The notes below the pieces were generated by a model. The model worked only from the letters and a program-made list of their open reading frames with translations. It searched no databases and was not told the DNA's origin. From Coniocarpon cinnabarinum (lineage: Eukaryota): DNA of 64,000 nucleotides. The DNA is taken from positions 1 through 64,000 of the forward strand of contig JAVECO010000133.1 in the NCBI GenBank assembly GCA_051942205.1, written 5' to 3'. Below, one piece after another: positions 1-13,487 of this stretch. The translations under genes were made by a program, and so were the position numbers. The number at the start of each line of letters is the position of its first letter. Position 1 is the first letter of the stretch.

Positions 1-1606
1 CCCGTCACCCCACCCCGCTCAAACACATGATCCAATTCCTCCAACTCCAGCCCCGCCGTCTCCGGGTAAAAACAGTAAACAATCGGAATGAACACCGCGT
101 TCAGCACCGCGAAAATGATAAAAGTCCGCCAGTTGATCCCATCAATCGCAATGGGCGTAATCTTGACGTCCGCAAAAACACTCAGCCAGTTCCACGCACT
201 GGCGATGCTCTGCGCCTTCGCGCGGAGTCTCGTCGTGTTGATCTCCGCGGGATAGAACCAGGGCACGGGCAGCCAGCCGATGCCGTAGACGAATTGGAAG
301 ATGAATATTAGGGCGACGGCGCCCCAGCCCGCGGACTGCGTGCCGATGGACAAGAGCACGGCGACGAGGAGGAAACACACAGTTAGGCTGGTGGAACAGA
401 GGATGAGGAGGGTGCGACGGCCGAAGCGCTCGATGAGGAAGAGGGGCAATATGCTGCCGAGGAGGTAGACGCAGCGGCCGACGCCGCCCATGATGAGGGA
501 GAGGTTGCGGGAGAGGCCCACGGCGGTGGTGTAGACGGTGGGGGCGTAGTAGTTGCTGTCGGAGTTAGTGAAGTGTTCAATTACGAGCCACGGTTAGTTG
601 CGGTTAGCGGTTGTGGACGGTCGCGGTTGGTTGGTTGATGAATGCTTGGTTGAAGGAGAGAAGTGACGCTCTGGACATGAGCTGTATCGTTGGAAAACAC
701 CTACATCATATTTGAGCCGGTGAACTGCTGCATGATCTCAATGCCAATAGAGAGAAGAATGCGACGGAAGTTTTGGATCTTGCCCCAACCAAAGATCTCA
801 GACCATCGGAAAGGTCCACCTCGAGATTCTTGTTCAACGGCTGTCTGGATGTCGAGGAGCGCCGTCTTCACTTCAAAGTGGTCCGGCGGAAGGTCTCTCA
901 AAGCAGAGACAACGTTTTGCGCATCATGCAGCCGGTCATGCTGAACCAGCCATCGAGGAGACTCCGGCAGACCAGTCACCTGCAACACCAGACACAACGC
1001 AAACAGTGCCTGGAACGCTAGAGGAAAGCGCCATTGGATCTCCGTTTCGTAAAAGCTTGTGCCGTAATCAAGCCAGTACGCGATGACGAGACCAAAGATG
1101 GTAATGGTGCCGTTGAACGTCAGAAACACCCCTCTCATGGACGCGGGCGATGCCTCGGACTGATAGACGGGGATCGTGGAGCTGTTCATGCCGTTGCCAA
1201 AGCCTGTGACGATCAGACCAACAATGAGCTGTGCTATGCTGTAGGAAGAAGCGAGGATAATGGTGCCGATGATCATGGTTGTCCCGCCGAGCATGATCAT
1301 GGTCCGGCGGCCGGTGCGTTCGCCGACAAAAAGAACGAAGAGAGAACCGATGACGCAGCCGATCTGCAAATGTTTAGAATGAAAAGCGGGCGTCAATTGG
1401 ATGAGGGCTTACGTCGTAAAGGCCGACGATGTTGCCTTGCATGTCCGCGTCAGGATGACCAAAGTCTCGTCCGAAGCGGTTGTCTGCTCCAATGAGACCG
1501 CTCATGACGCCTGGTGGACGATTAGTCAATATTGAGTTTCGAGATTAACGAGGAAGCAACGTACCTTGGTCATATCCCAAAAGCATGAAGCCTTGAGCGC
1601 AACATG
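1..1606 (-). CDS. MFS sugar porter (STL1-like hexose/polyol transporter); 3' end runs off the window, first exon not resolved
   Basis: Spliced exons 1606-1565, 1510-1413, 1363-705 and 555-1 (GT..AG introns) give CCAQGFMLLGYDQGVMSG, GERTGRR, PVYQSEASP, WRFPLAFQ, LPESPRWL, QQFTGSNMINYY, WFYPAEI and YPETAGLELEELD. These are the sugar-porter signature motifs. Confidence 0.93.
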
Positions 1607-3227
1607 CTGAATGCTTGTCAATACGAGCTCTCTGCCTGAGCCTAATTTTGGCTGACTCTAGTACAGTAACATATGCATTTGTTTGTGAAACAGGTCATTG
1701 GCGAGCAAGTAGAACGATTGTCTGCAAGCTTGAAGAAAGCAATTTCTACGCAAGCGTAAGAAGACATCAACTTCTTGATAGCACACACCGATACATCTCG
1801 GGAGTTCTTCTACTCGAAGTTTGAGACGTGGAGACATTAGCAGACATCAAACCTACCTGTTACAGCAGCAAGCAGCGTTTTGCCGCGGAAAGAATGCTTC
1901 CACATCTTGTTTAGGGCAATGCAACCAAAAGACAACACTCAGTCATGTCAACAGCAGCAGCCTTTAGAGTGTTACGGCAGTAAGAAAAGGAGGCTGGGAG
2001 GAAACCCATCGAGTCCATTGAAGAAAGTTGAAGGCGTGTCTTATGTTTCTGAGAAACGGACATTAAAGTCCCGAGGCAATGCAATGTTGCCTTAACCCGG
2101 GTATGTTTCCTACTGGCGGTGCTTTTAGCCGGCGTCTTTAGGGTGTGGAGAGTGGGGACGAGAGTCTGGGGACGAAACTTGACAGCTCGATAGAATCGTT
2201 TCGTGCGAGCCATCGAGCACTAGGAGATTGCAAACGATTCTCTTCTTTGCGGGCGGCTCTTCACTCCGTAGTAACGCTCATGGTCCCTATCAACTTCGAC
2301 ACTCGATCCTCAGACAGTGGCAATTCAGAGCCTCATGCCAGGAATCTCTTCTACACCAACGGTACGCTATGGTTCAGAAAGAGGAGACGTAAGCCTTGGG
2401 CCACGCTACATCAATGTCCTCCGTATCGCGTAAGGTTTATTTTGTTTTAGGCTCTGGGTGAGCGGGCGGGGCGGATGATGCATGAGAGTCAGGGGCTGCG
2501 TTGAAAGGGAATTGCTGAAGAAGTCTGCACTAAGACAGCGCAGAGAAAAGCAGCTTCGACATGTCCAAGTCGATGTACGAACGAAGCTGCTGAGTAAATG
2601 TATAGAATAGTGGAGGTGACGATCACGACGGCAGGGTGGCGAAACGTACCTCCTCGGGAGATCTTATGCCGAACGTTTTCTGCCTGGGTTCAATTGTGTC
2701 CCACCCACAAGTGACCGGCAACTTCAAGAGACTTAGCAGAAGTTGCGGGAAAGACTCTTGCGAATTCATGCCTGCTCATGGATATACACACGAAAAGATA
2801 CGATTGAGGCAACAAGCCCCGCGTTTCCTCACTGCGCAGCCCTGAACAGGGTAGCAAACCTTTCTGTCTCTCTGTCCCAAGCCACCGAATTTCGTTGCGG
2901 CAAGCACTCTCGTTCAAGACCGTTGCACGAGCAGTGGTGACAACATGAAGATTCTTGTTTTGCTATCGTAAAGTTGAGATACTTTGCAATGACCTCGAAC
3001 GACACCCAAGCCTTTCCCGTTGCCCAAAAGTTGGTATCCCTCGCTCAAAAATGCTTCTCCTCCTCAACCTTGAATGAAATTGAAGTATACTCAGAGGGCG
3101 TTTGCTTGGTATGATTCGGCATGGATGGTGGCAATCACCAGCGTTAATGATTTACGTGCTGCAGCGAAGATGCTGCTAATCATTTTTGGAGATAAGAGGA
3201 GAGACATCCGCAAGCTATCACCATCAT

Positions 3228-4407
3228 CTAGTTCTCGCAAGTCTTGTTGCTCACACACCAGCTATCATAGATAGTGACTGTCAAGGTATTTTAGCTTGGA
3301 CAGCAAATGCAGGAGCTTCGCACAACTTACTTTGGTCGATCTGCCAAGTCTTGCCGTTGTCAGGGGTATAGGGTGTGGTGTAATCGGTGTCGTTCTGGTT
3401 AATGGATTTCCCAAAATCCAGACTCGGCTTGTCCAGAGCGATGGACAGGTTTGCATAAGTATGCTGGGGAATATTGCCTTGAGCTTCACAGAGACATTCT
3501 GTCTTGAGCCAGAGTTGATACGGAGCTGTGAATCCTTGGAGCATGGAGTCAGCGCTTCCGAGTCTAGGCGTGCCTCAGAGGCAGAGTTGGACGCTCGGAA
3601 CAGCACGCGTACCACTACTACTCTTGTCCTCCCAAGGCAACGTCTTCATGCCTCCTGACCCAATGACCTCGGCTCTAGCCCTATACATAGGCGTGGTCTT
3701 GTTGTTGGTGAGCGCCGAGTGACTCGGATAATTGACTTACAGGTATCAGTCTATGCATCTCTTTAGCATCAAGTTCTACTCACAGAACAGGTTCACGCTA
3801 TCAGCCTTAGCTGGATCCACCAAGAGTGTCTTGTTCGGGATCGTTGAATGACCGTTGCTGTAAAAGCTTGGAAACACACACCACTCTTGCTGAGTTTGAT
3901 CGCATCTACAAAGTTTGTTAGCAAGCTGTAGATGGTTTCAAGGGCGTTTGGCTATACGTACGAAACCCCTGGCCCGGCTACTATTGGTATCTGCGCGAAT
4001 GGACTACGGGTGATCTCTTGGTATGGGTTACTGACATCCTGCACGACTTAGTGAAATCTCGCCCCTTGAGAATCCTTTGGTTCGTTGCTCTCTATCGAAG
4101 TTCAGATGGATCTTACCGTCTGCTCCAATGATGGATTAATTACCATGATACCGGTATTGAGAGGGTTTGCCGGATCTGGCTTTACGAATGCGCTCATCTG
4201 AAGGATGGTGACGCCAAGGCTCTTCTTTCCGATTTGCCACCACGACCCGCCACCAGAAGCGTTGCCAGGAGGGAAAGGTCCGGAGCAGTTGATGTCGCCA
4301 GACAGGCGACAAAGGGGGTCGAGTATTTGACGGCTAATGATCGGGCTGGGCAAAGCATGAGTAACGAATGTGATGCAGTAAAGACAGGCTAGCCACTTGA
4401 GGGCCAT
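3228..4407 (-). CDS. Secreted uncharacterised Cys-containing protein, 6 exons
   Basis: Signal-peptide-like start MALKWLACLYCITFVTHA. Exons 4407-4117, 4038-3962, 3905-3784, 3735-3613, 3525-3331 and 3277-3228 splice in frame (one AAG acceptor), ending TPDNGKTWQIDQITIYDSWCVSNKTCEN*. Confidence 0.75.
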
Positions 4408-6133
4408 TTCGATGCGTTTTAAATGAGTGGACAGACAAAAGCTGGAGATCTGGTGACGTGAAGAAGGGAGAAGGCACGAACTTTTTATATGGACGTCGGG
4501 ATTACATTCCCCAACTAAGCGTAACTGCGGACGCACAGATATTGCTGAAATCCCCCGTGAAAGGAGTCAACAAGGCAACAGACCGCTGCAGCATCTTGAA
4601 CGGCTTCACGGAAAGAATACTGGCCCCGGTTGGCGCTTGAATGTCGGGAAATGTTGAATGGAGATGAGCGACAGATGAGGAATCAATTGTTGCTGCTTTC
4701 GGAGACAAGTAAATGAAAGGACTGTCCGTACATTATGGCGCGCATTCTGAAAAATCATTTGTGAGCGACTCCTGAATGATCCTTGTTGAAAGGGGCTACC
4801 GGTGGCGCTTAAATAAGATCTAGAAGTGCAGCCTGAAACGATGTGGACTTACGCATGAAGTTGAACAGTACTCAGGATGCAACTCACATGTAAGGGCGGT
4901 CAAGTTTCGTATGCCACAAGACTCGGCCGTGATGCCAGATTTGGCGAATAATGCACATTCGTCACACAACGACGTACTCGTCAGGAGGGCGTCGCAAGGA
5001 CTTTGTTTCCTGCAGACTGCTCTTCCGGACGTGGCTTCGAGCATCGAATGCTACTTACTTCGAATACACAGAGGAGCGTCCGCATGGCGACCGAGCGGCT
5101 GATGATGATGATGCCCTGTGGCCAAACGAATGAATTGATGCTGATGAAACGCACTTAGCTCGCCTGAGACCAGACATGTGATATTCAATGCCCAAAATAC
5201 ATCTGTGCATGGTGAGTACGGCATGCATTTGCCTCGCAACCGTCGAATCTCGCGAGAAAGAAATGGCTTAGAAGCTTGGCACTACCTTGCTGACCGAGAC
5301 TCAAGGCATCTATATTGAAGGGTGTTATGGGTCTTCTCACTTGGTATTGCAGATATTGCTGTGCTTAAACTCGATACAGATCCGCTATTGCGTGCCATGA
5401 CCCTTCGAGAGGAGGCAAAAGCGAGCGCTGGCGAGGAAGCTGGATAATCAAATGCCAAGCATTCGGTCTCTTTCTGTCTACGGCGATATTAGTCAGCACA
5501 ATACTGTGCGGGCACGGCGGGATACGACGTCCACTCGCATCGCGGGTCCACAAATGTGCCATCTGCAGGGGAAAGCGCGTGGACTTCATCCGGCAAGAAG
5601 TCCGTTTTCACTCCGTCTGTGCCCGACCGTGACCGCTCGAAAGATCAATCGCTCTCGCAAGACATATAGACCGCCAACCAGTACAGCTCTCGTGACAGTC
5701 CTCGAGCCCGGCAAGTATAGCGCGATGACAGTGAGCCCAACAACGCGTTCGCATACCCTTGTGAGGAAGTTGTGGTTGAATTCAAGAGCCCTCAGCCTTG
5801 TCAAGACGCTGTGAGAGGTACCCGGGCAGCCAAGTAATCGTGCATCTGCGGATGGACACCACAAGGCAGACTTGTTTCATTCTCAGGGGCATGCAAGGGT
5901 CGTATTGAAACTTGTAAGACCTGGATGTCTGTGGCTTCGACATTTTCGGAACGTGATTTGCGTATGCAGTCAAGGCGGTGCTCAGCGGTGCGGCCATAAA
6001 GTGCTGTAGCCGTGCCCCCGAATGGCGCAATGACTGTGGGTAACTTCGAGACATTTGGACTTATTGATTTCCGCGCACAGAGACGGCCCCTCTTACCTTG
6101 CGCCCCAAACACACACCTTCTACAGCTCGATTG

Positions 6134-7535
6134 ATGGCTACTGGTTTCTCGCAAGAAGGTTACAATGCGCTGCAAGGACAGCTTGACGGCGCTGTTGTTC
6201 TTATAGCGTTCGCAACATTCTTTGTGACTCTGAGAGTCCTGGCAAGTTTTCTTGGACCTAGTCGACCCGTGTTGATAGACTGGAACCTTGGTCTCATTTT
6301 GATTGCATTTGCGATTTTCACTCTGTTATGCAGTTTTGTCATTGGTAAGCAGAAAGTGAAGTGGTGGGAAAAGAGATGCTGATAACGCTTGACCAGTGAA
6401 CGCTCGTGCCTACCTGGCCTCCTACACTACTGAGGACGAGAACGTTCTGCTTCGAAGCTATGTCACGGTCTATAAAGCGTCTTACGCTGTCAGTGTCCTA
6501 TATCCACTAGCTTCTTGCCTCCCGAAGCTATCATTGTGTGCCTTGTACATTCGGGTCTTCAGCATAGATATCTGGGCTCGTCGCATCACGTAAGTTGCGA
6601 GACTTATCTTTGAGATTTCGCGCTCACGGACCTCACCAGATACTGCTTGATGATTTTCCTTGTAGTCAACAGCATTGCCTGGCTTGTTCCTACTATTTTC
6701 GTCTGCCATCCCATTTCCACTTTCTGGAGTCCGAAGGGCCACCACGACAGGTGCCTAAATTATGGCGTCTTTGGCACATGGATTAGCCTGCCCAACATTG
6801 TCACAGACATGATCATGCTCGTCCTACCAATACCAATTCTGTGGAGGACGCAGATGGGCGTACCAAAGAAGCTGGGTCTCATAGCAACATTTGCAGTTGG
6901 TAGTGCAGGCATGATAGGGGCTTGCATCCGGCTGGCTTATTATGTTCGTCAGCAATATGCCAAGCAGCAGATCAAGGGAACGACCAGTAAGCCACTCATC
7001 TGCGGCCGCCTTCCGATGTACTGATGGGTGTTCAGAGGCTATTGCGCTTGACATGGTTGTCACATACATCGAGTGCGGCATGTACCTCATCGCTGCGTGC
7101 CTCCCATCCCTGCGCATCGTTTGCGTGCAGCTCCAGAAAATCATTAGCAGCAGCGTCAACTCTCTGTGGCACAGACGTCGTGCCTCCCGGAGCAGTAATG
7201 ATAGTGGTGGGGAAGGGTCAGATGGTTTTTCTGACAAAATGCCGGCTGACAAAGTCTTCGTCAAACTGACCGGCATCGGCAAGCTCGACACTCTCGCCCG
7301 CGAAGGCCAGAAAATTGGCCACAGCCGAATGGAGAGCGGGCTGTGGTCTGCCCGACGCACGAGAGTGTTTGAAGCCGACATAGATGAATCCGACAGCGTG
7401 GACGCTCCTTGCTGGGGAACGGACTATGTCTGTCACGTCTGTCACAAGGCCAGAGGCCAGCGTTCGCAGCGCGGTCCACGAGTTCCACCGAAACCAGCCA
7501 ACCCAGTTTGGACACGCCGTCCCATCATTGAGTGA
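6134..7535 (+). CDS. PTH11-like / fungal rhodopsin-domain integral membrane protein #1 (no CFEM domain)
   Basis: Exons 6134-6344, 6397-6589, 6640-6986, 7036-7535. Motifs FVTLR, PKLSLCALYIRVF, CHPISTFW, NIVTDMIMLVLPIPILW, KKLGLIATF and ECGMYLIAACLPSLR. Confidence 0.9.
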
Positions 7536-9421
7536 TGAGCGGTTCTGCTTCTGCGAGCCAGCAAAATCACCGATTTTTGCTCCAAACGTTTCGTGTCCAG
7601 GTTTGCTTTTTAGATATAATGCAGTGCAGGCTTTACAGGAGCTGAGCAGTCGAGGCTGGTGTTGGTCTACTTTTTTCATTTTGTAGCTATCAGGGCAACG
7701 TGTCAGCTGTATGCACAGCAATAAGTATGCACATTAATCTCTCAAGCCAGTTGACAGGCCTTCCATAAGCCATTGCAATCCAAAGGTGGGAAGTAGATGC
7801 TCGAGTGGTGTCGCTACCACCCATATTTAGAACGACTTTAGTGACACAATACCTATGCTAACCGGTGATGAGTTGAGGAGCTGCTCCTCCAGCGAGTGCG
7901 TACAGAATATTTTCGTAGTGATCACAACATGAAATATGTGAACATATTAAGCAGATAGGCAGAGTCCCCTCTGAACACGAAATCGGTGTCGAGCAGCCGC
8001 GTTAGTCTAAAGCAGCAGTCACTGCGCAGAGCGGACAAATAAAAATATTAAACTTGCCGGCTGACCTCATGGGAAAGTACTTGGCGGCGCACAACGGAGC
8101 ATCTTATGTAGAGCAGGGGATTTCCAACGCTCCCAATTGTACAGATCGACGGCTCGGTGTGAACTGTGGCAGCGACTTGTGACGGAACACCCGGAATGGA
8201 TCGAGTGTATGGGGAGAAAGGAGGATCAGTGCCACGGAAGATTGCTGCAGACAAAGTGTTGCAGCTTCGGCACCGTGCGACACGAAAGTCATTAGTAGAG
8301 AGGATAGCCGTCTCGTCAAGCAAAGCCCAAAAAGGCGTTCATGGTGGCGAATGACAGTTGGCATGAGGTTAGTCTCAACGTATTTCTCATTTCATCTAAT
8401 GGGGTTGAAAACCACCAACATGAAAGATGGTATGACGTCATTCTGCCACACGACTACCTGCAATGTGCAAGGTGTCATGTCTCAAACCTAAATAAGCACG
8501 ACAAGCAAGATTGGTACGGCCAAGGTGGCTTAAAATCGGTAGGCGGCTCTGGCGGTTCGTCGATCCTACGTTCGTTTCACCAGTCATCACCTCATCACGG
8601 CTAGCCAGTAACCGCTCAAGGGTAGCCTCTCAAGACCTCGCTTGTGTCTCACCAGGACGCAGTTTCCAATATGAGATGAGCACTGCTCAAGACGTCGTCC
8701 ACGCTCGTGAATAAAAAAGCCTGGAGTGGAGCTTGCTCATTTCGACCCATTTGCTCCAATTGGACGTCATCTCGCTGGGCACTTAAAGTGCCCTCTATCC
8801 AGGATGAGCCCCTTGCAAGTCGTTACTCGAGTGGCTGTCGTCGTGCCGTCATGCGTCGCTGAGAGACATCGACCAGAATGTCTTGTGTTTCCTTGCCCCA
8901 GTGACGGTCGCGCCTGACAGCTAGCACTCGGCTTTCCGCTAGATTGCGCAAAGCGATGAGGTTGTATAAACCCACGAGCACCATGAGTGTACTTATGACC
9001 TCGGACAAAAGAATTGGCGATGTCATTGAAAAACGTCAAGCGCATTGCGCGAAAATAAATGCTGGGAAGCGAACGCCATCTCACAACGTGTTTACAGCCC
9101 CAGCTGTGTATGTCAAAGGCGAATTATGCCCCAATGTCAGCTTGCACAGTCCCCATTATGCTGTCGCCCGGCTGACGCCATCTCCCCTTGGCGACAGCTG
9201 TGCACTGGCAGGCGATCCTCATTTTGAGTATTTCACATCCGAAGCAGCCCTCATGTATTATCTTTAGCCACTACTGCAAACGCATTTCAAGGCTTGAATA
9301 GAAAATCATACTAATACCTCGCGCATACCTCGTTCCACTCTTAGATACAGTGTATGCTTAGGCAGTCCCTAGTTGATCGACATTTTCCTTAGATAAGTTC
9401 GAGGCGCAATAGTTTGATCAG

Positions 9422-10338
9422 ATGTCTGCTCCACTGCAGAAACTTGTTCAACGGCGCACAACCTCCAGCTGGGAATACGACTCAGACGAGGAGACTTCCT
9501 GGGACAAGGTGAAAAAGAGGGGTAAAAAATTGTTCTCACGCTCCTCCGCGAAGGATGCGGGCGATGGCCCAGAATCATCAGCAGCTGCTGCAGTGCGTAG
9601 GCCCGACTCAATACTCAACGAGGACCCAAATGCATACGTACCACTTCGCAAGCCGCTGCCCGACGGGTTCTGCATCTGCGCGGGGCAAGAGGTGCGCGGA
9701 AATCACAAGGGAGGAGACCGCAACGTCATGAAGGCTGCGACGATAGTTGAGCGGCGATACAAGCAGAAAGACATTGGCAGCAATACCACGAGTGCTTGGG
9801 AGCGAGCGTACAGAAACGTGACGGACGCCAAGCCTGCTGCAAGAGTGCTGTGAGTCGCGTTAATCAATCTGTGTCTCGATGGGTATACTTATGACTGTGT
9901 AGAGCTATCAAGACTTCGCAGACCACGGAAAGCAACACTAATCACAGCGGCAAGCACAGGCCGTTCCATTACGCCCCCGTCCAGTTTGGGTATTCGCATT
10001 TAGACCCACAGACTCAGCGACCTCAGTTCGTTTTCCCAGAGAGTTACGATCTCCAGCTCAACTTTACTGTGTGTGAGGAGGACCAAGAACTACTGAACAG
10101 GCGTCAGGTGAAACTGGAACCAGGACCTGAAGACATGACGACAGACATTGAGGATTCCTCAGATGGAGATGCAGCTTCCACGGCAAGTTCAGGACGCAGA
10201 GAGAAGCTCGCGCGCATGCTGCGGCCATCCTCGTCGGAGCACAAGACCGAGGCATTAAGCTCATTCAAGTTCCCCTGGCATAGCTCCAGACACTCGGGAT
10301 CATCTTTCCATAGCCAATCTTCAGGAAACGCAAATTGA
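9422..10338 (+). CDS. Hypothetical protein (orphan family, paralogue A)
   Basis: Exons 9422-9849 and 9903-10338 are joined in frame by a GTGAGT..TGTAG intron. Shares motifs with 12223-13067. Confidence 0.75.
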
Positions 10339-12222
10339 GTAGCATGTTGAATAGAGTGTATATGGTATCAAGCGCTCTTTCAAAGTATTCAAGGGGAAGG
10401 GGCATAATGTCTGTGGATCGCATGTGCTTCTGGTAAGTGCATGAAGGAAGGCTGAGAAAGAACAATCCTGCAGTCACTCAGGTACCATCTGTAACGCCTG
10501 CAAGACGCCACTGTAGATTCAGGTTATGGTGTTGGTGAGGACAGCGAAGCAGAATGACAAGTTTGTTCATGACTCTTGAGGTGGAATTTCCCCCGAAGTA
10601 GCTCTTTGTTGCATAAGCGGTCCCCCATCAGCTCCATGTCGGCTGAAAATGCCAGAAGATTCGGAACTTGGACTGGTCTGGAAATGGAACTTGTATTGCT
10701 ATTCCAACGCACGTGCTGCGAGCTTCTTGACGCTGAGGTCTTCGGCCACGTTCTCGTAGGCCCATGTTAACTGGTTGTTTTTTGCACCCACCTTAACCAA
10801 GTTCTTGGGACTACCGAGAATCCTAGCATGCTTCGAAGCATCGGTGCCCCGTTTTGTTTCTTTGAAACATGGCTACATTTGCTTATGTCTGTTTATGTGC
10901 GCGAAAGGACTACAGAGTCAGATGAATCCGAGTTGGAATGCTTACGTTTTTGCAATATTCTTTTTCAGGGATGTGACTAGGCAATATGATGATCTGTCCA
11001 TTGAAAGATGATAGCGACAAAACTGCCCGAAGCGCCGTCCTAGCCGATGTCGTCACGTTGCTTTTCAATGGACATGCGGCAAGGTGGCGAGAGGCTGTAG
11101 CTTTAGGGCAAAAGCGCGAGGGTTTGGCCCCTAGATTGCGGGGATCGAGCCCCCAGCCTGGCGCTTAAAGCGCCCGAGTTTCACGCGTGGCCACGTTGTG
11201 CACACGAAGCGTGGTTTGTGCCGTTTCAATCCTACTCGATGTCTTGTGCCACAAACATCATATCATTGTGCGAGCCGGCATCAGTCCTGTTTGGTGGATC
11301 AAGCGAGCGGAGATCCTGTCGAACGCGCAGCCTGCTGCCAGTGCGTGGGCAGTGCGTTGACAGCACGTCATTATTAGAGCCGTCTTTTGTCGCGTCTCCA
11401 TGCAAAATCTCGTCAAATGACGAGCTGGTCGGTTGATCCGGCTGCCAGAAGGTGTTCCATAGCGGGTAGACTCGGTCGTCGCTGAATATACGCCTCTGAG
11501 ACGGAGTAAGCACTGTTGGGCGGGTCGACGGAACTTGAGGAGCAACCCATTCATGCCACTAGCAGATGAGTCCCATTTGTGCAAATCGGCGACCATGGAT
11601 ATTCTCATTGCGGGCCTCGCGAAGACGCTGTTCCAGACTCAACGGAAGGTCTGCAGCAACATGAACATGCGCTCAAGTGTCGCTCTGCAACCCTTCTTGA
11701 AATCCACCTCCGTTCCTTACTTCAGAAATGAATAGCCCTGCTCGTTGTTGCCACCGAGACCGTGAGCGCGGCTCCAATGCAACGCCGCAGTAAAACGCAT
11801 AAGAACTTGAAGTAGCCACGACAGCGGAAGAGTAGAACCACGGCTCTTTTCAAAAGGCTGAGGGCGTTTCAAGATGATCCTCAGAAGCGGGCAATGCTTC
11901 ATGACATGTGATTTGTCTTTGATGCACACGTGTGCCATAGGCAATTGCTGAATCATTTTTAGCCGAGACGTTACAGGCTTTGAAGTAGGCCGTTGAAGAG
12001 CACGGCCTTCGCTCTCGTGACATGCCCTAAAGTAGATGAGCTCAACTCCACGCAATGACGCGTTGCTCGACAACAACACCTTTCATTGAGCTGCTGTTGT
12101 AGAAGTCGCTTTATTAATATCGAAGCGATTGTCGACATGCTTTGAGGTATATAACTCAGCTGTGGCTTCTTATATTTTTTTGCAGCTTTGTTTCAGGACA
12201 AGCACGTGATTGACCAAGAGAC

Positions 12223-13067
12223 ATGACTTCACAGAACCCTCCACCTGCCGGCCCACATCGCGTGGACTCGGAAGATCCTCGTTTTTCTAGCTCTGACGAT
12301 GGTAAAGGCTTTGGAAAGAAAGTACAGAAAACTCTCCGACTGCGACGTAAGCCCAAATCAAACCAGCAGACAAGTGAATATTCAACACTCGCTTCGTGTA
12401 ATACTGAGAAAAACTTCAGAATGATGGTGGAACCCCGGTTGCTTGAAAGCGACCGGGACGACATCGAGAAAGTTGGACGCATAATCATCCAGCGATTCAA
12501 AAAGGGCAAATTCGACCGCGACTTTTTGGACTCTTTGTGGGAATTGCACAAGTTCCAGGTAGGGGCTCGCCCAACTGCAACAATATTGTGAGTTGTTTGA
12601 GATGGCTCACCGTTCCTATCTGCTTATACTTATCTAGCGCTCTCGAAAAAACCAGGAGCATCAAATACGCGAAGGCTCGCTTTGGATATTCGTATAAAGA
12701 TCTACTCACACGAGAGGAAAAGTTTTCCTATCACAACGATGACAAATTCTTGCTCAAGTTTGCGGTCAATGAAGCGGACCAAGAAGCACTGCTGAAGTTT
12801 CTCGATGAGACTGAACCGCCATCAGACCACGAAGAGTCGGTGACGGACATTGAAGATGCTCCCACCGAAGATACATCATCTACACGTCTGACTATGAGCC
12901 AAAGACTGCGAAAAGAGGCTCAGCAGATCCATGTGTTACCATCACCATCGAGTCACTCTTCCGCGAAGGGAAAACAGTCACGACCCCGCAGAAGTGGCTC
13001 CCAAGAACGAAGGATGTCGAGACGGCCGAGCATCTCTGAAATGTACTTCAGCTCATCCCACGAGTAG
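12223..13067 (+). CDS. Hypothetical protein (orphan family, paralogue B)
   Basis: Exons 12223-12587 and 12638-13067 are joined in frame by a GTGAGT..TCTAG intron. Same intron position and phase, and shared motifs, as 9422-10338. Confidence 0.75.
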
Positions 13068-13275
13068 GGCGTATTGTAAAGTTCAGGCGATAGGCGATGC
13101 CATTCATATTTGCGTACGGGATACGGTGCATGGCATTTCACGAGTATTTGCAAATGCCTGTTCAAAAGATTCAAAGATCGATTGCTGTTGCTTTTACCCG
13201 CCCATCACACAATATAAATCGAGAGGAATGTAAATTGTGCAAAAAGTTTCTTTGAGATTTGACCGAGCCGAGCTA

Positions 13276-13285
13276 GTCACGTGAC
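13276..13285. promoter_or_regulatory. Palindromic GTCACGTGAC (bHLH/Cbf1-type E-box) upstream of RTG2
   Basis: Perfect 10-bp palindrome about 200 bp upstream of the ATG. TCACGTGA also occurs at 39435-39442 and 40675-40682, upstream of other genes. Confidence 0.35.
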
Positions 13286-13487
13286 GTCTTGTGATTGACC
13301 AACTTATGGAACGATACCTTTGCGAGAATCACTGGCCCCCAGCATATATGGACGATTCAATGTATTCTAGTCGGGCAAGGGTTTTATTTGTGACTGGCCC
13401 GCACGCTTCGCTGGTGGTGATGCCGAAGACAGCCTTCTCAGTTGCAACGCTTCGGCTCCCAAGACCTCCTTGAGTTTCCACATCATC

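Noticed and set aside
3741..3750. 10-nt microexon in the secreted-protein gene
   Set aside because: Including it creates an in-frame TGA. A single 48-nt intron (3736-3783) keeps the frame.
8823..9026. 67-aa ORF with a hydrophobic N-terminus
   Set aside because: Short, with no intron or homology evidence.
11138..11175. tRNA T-arm-like GGGGATCGAGCCCC and an adjacent small hairpin
   Set aside because: No acceptor, D or anticodon stems can be formed.
11232..12079. Minus-strand protein-like frame interrupted by stops
   Set aside because: No recognisable motifs or consistent splice model; cannot be separated from background.
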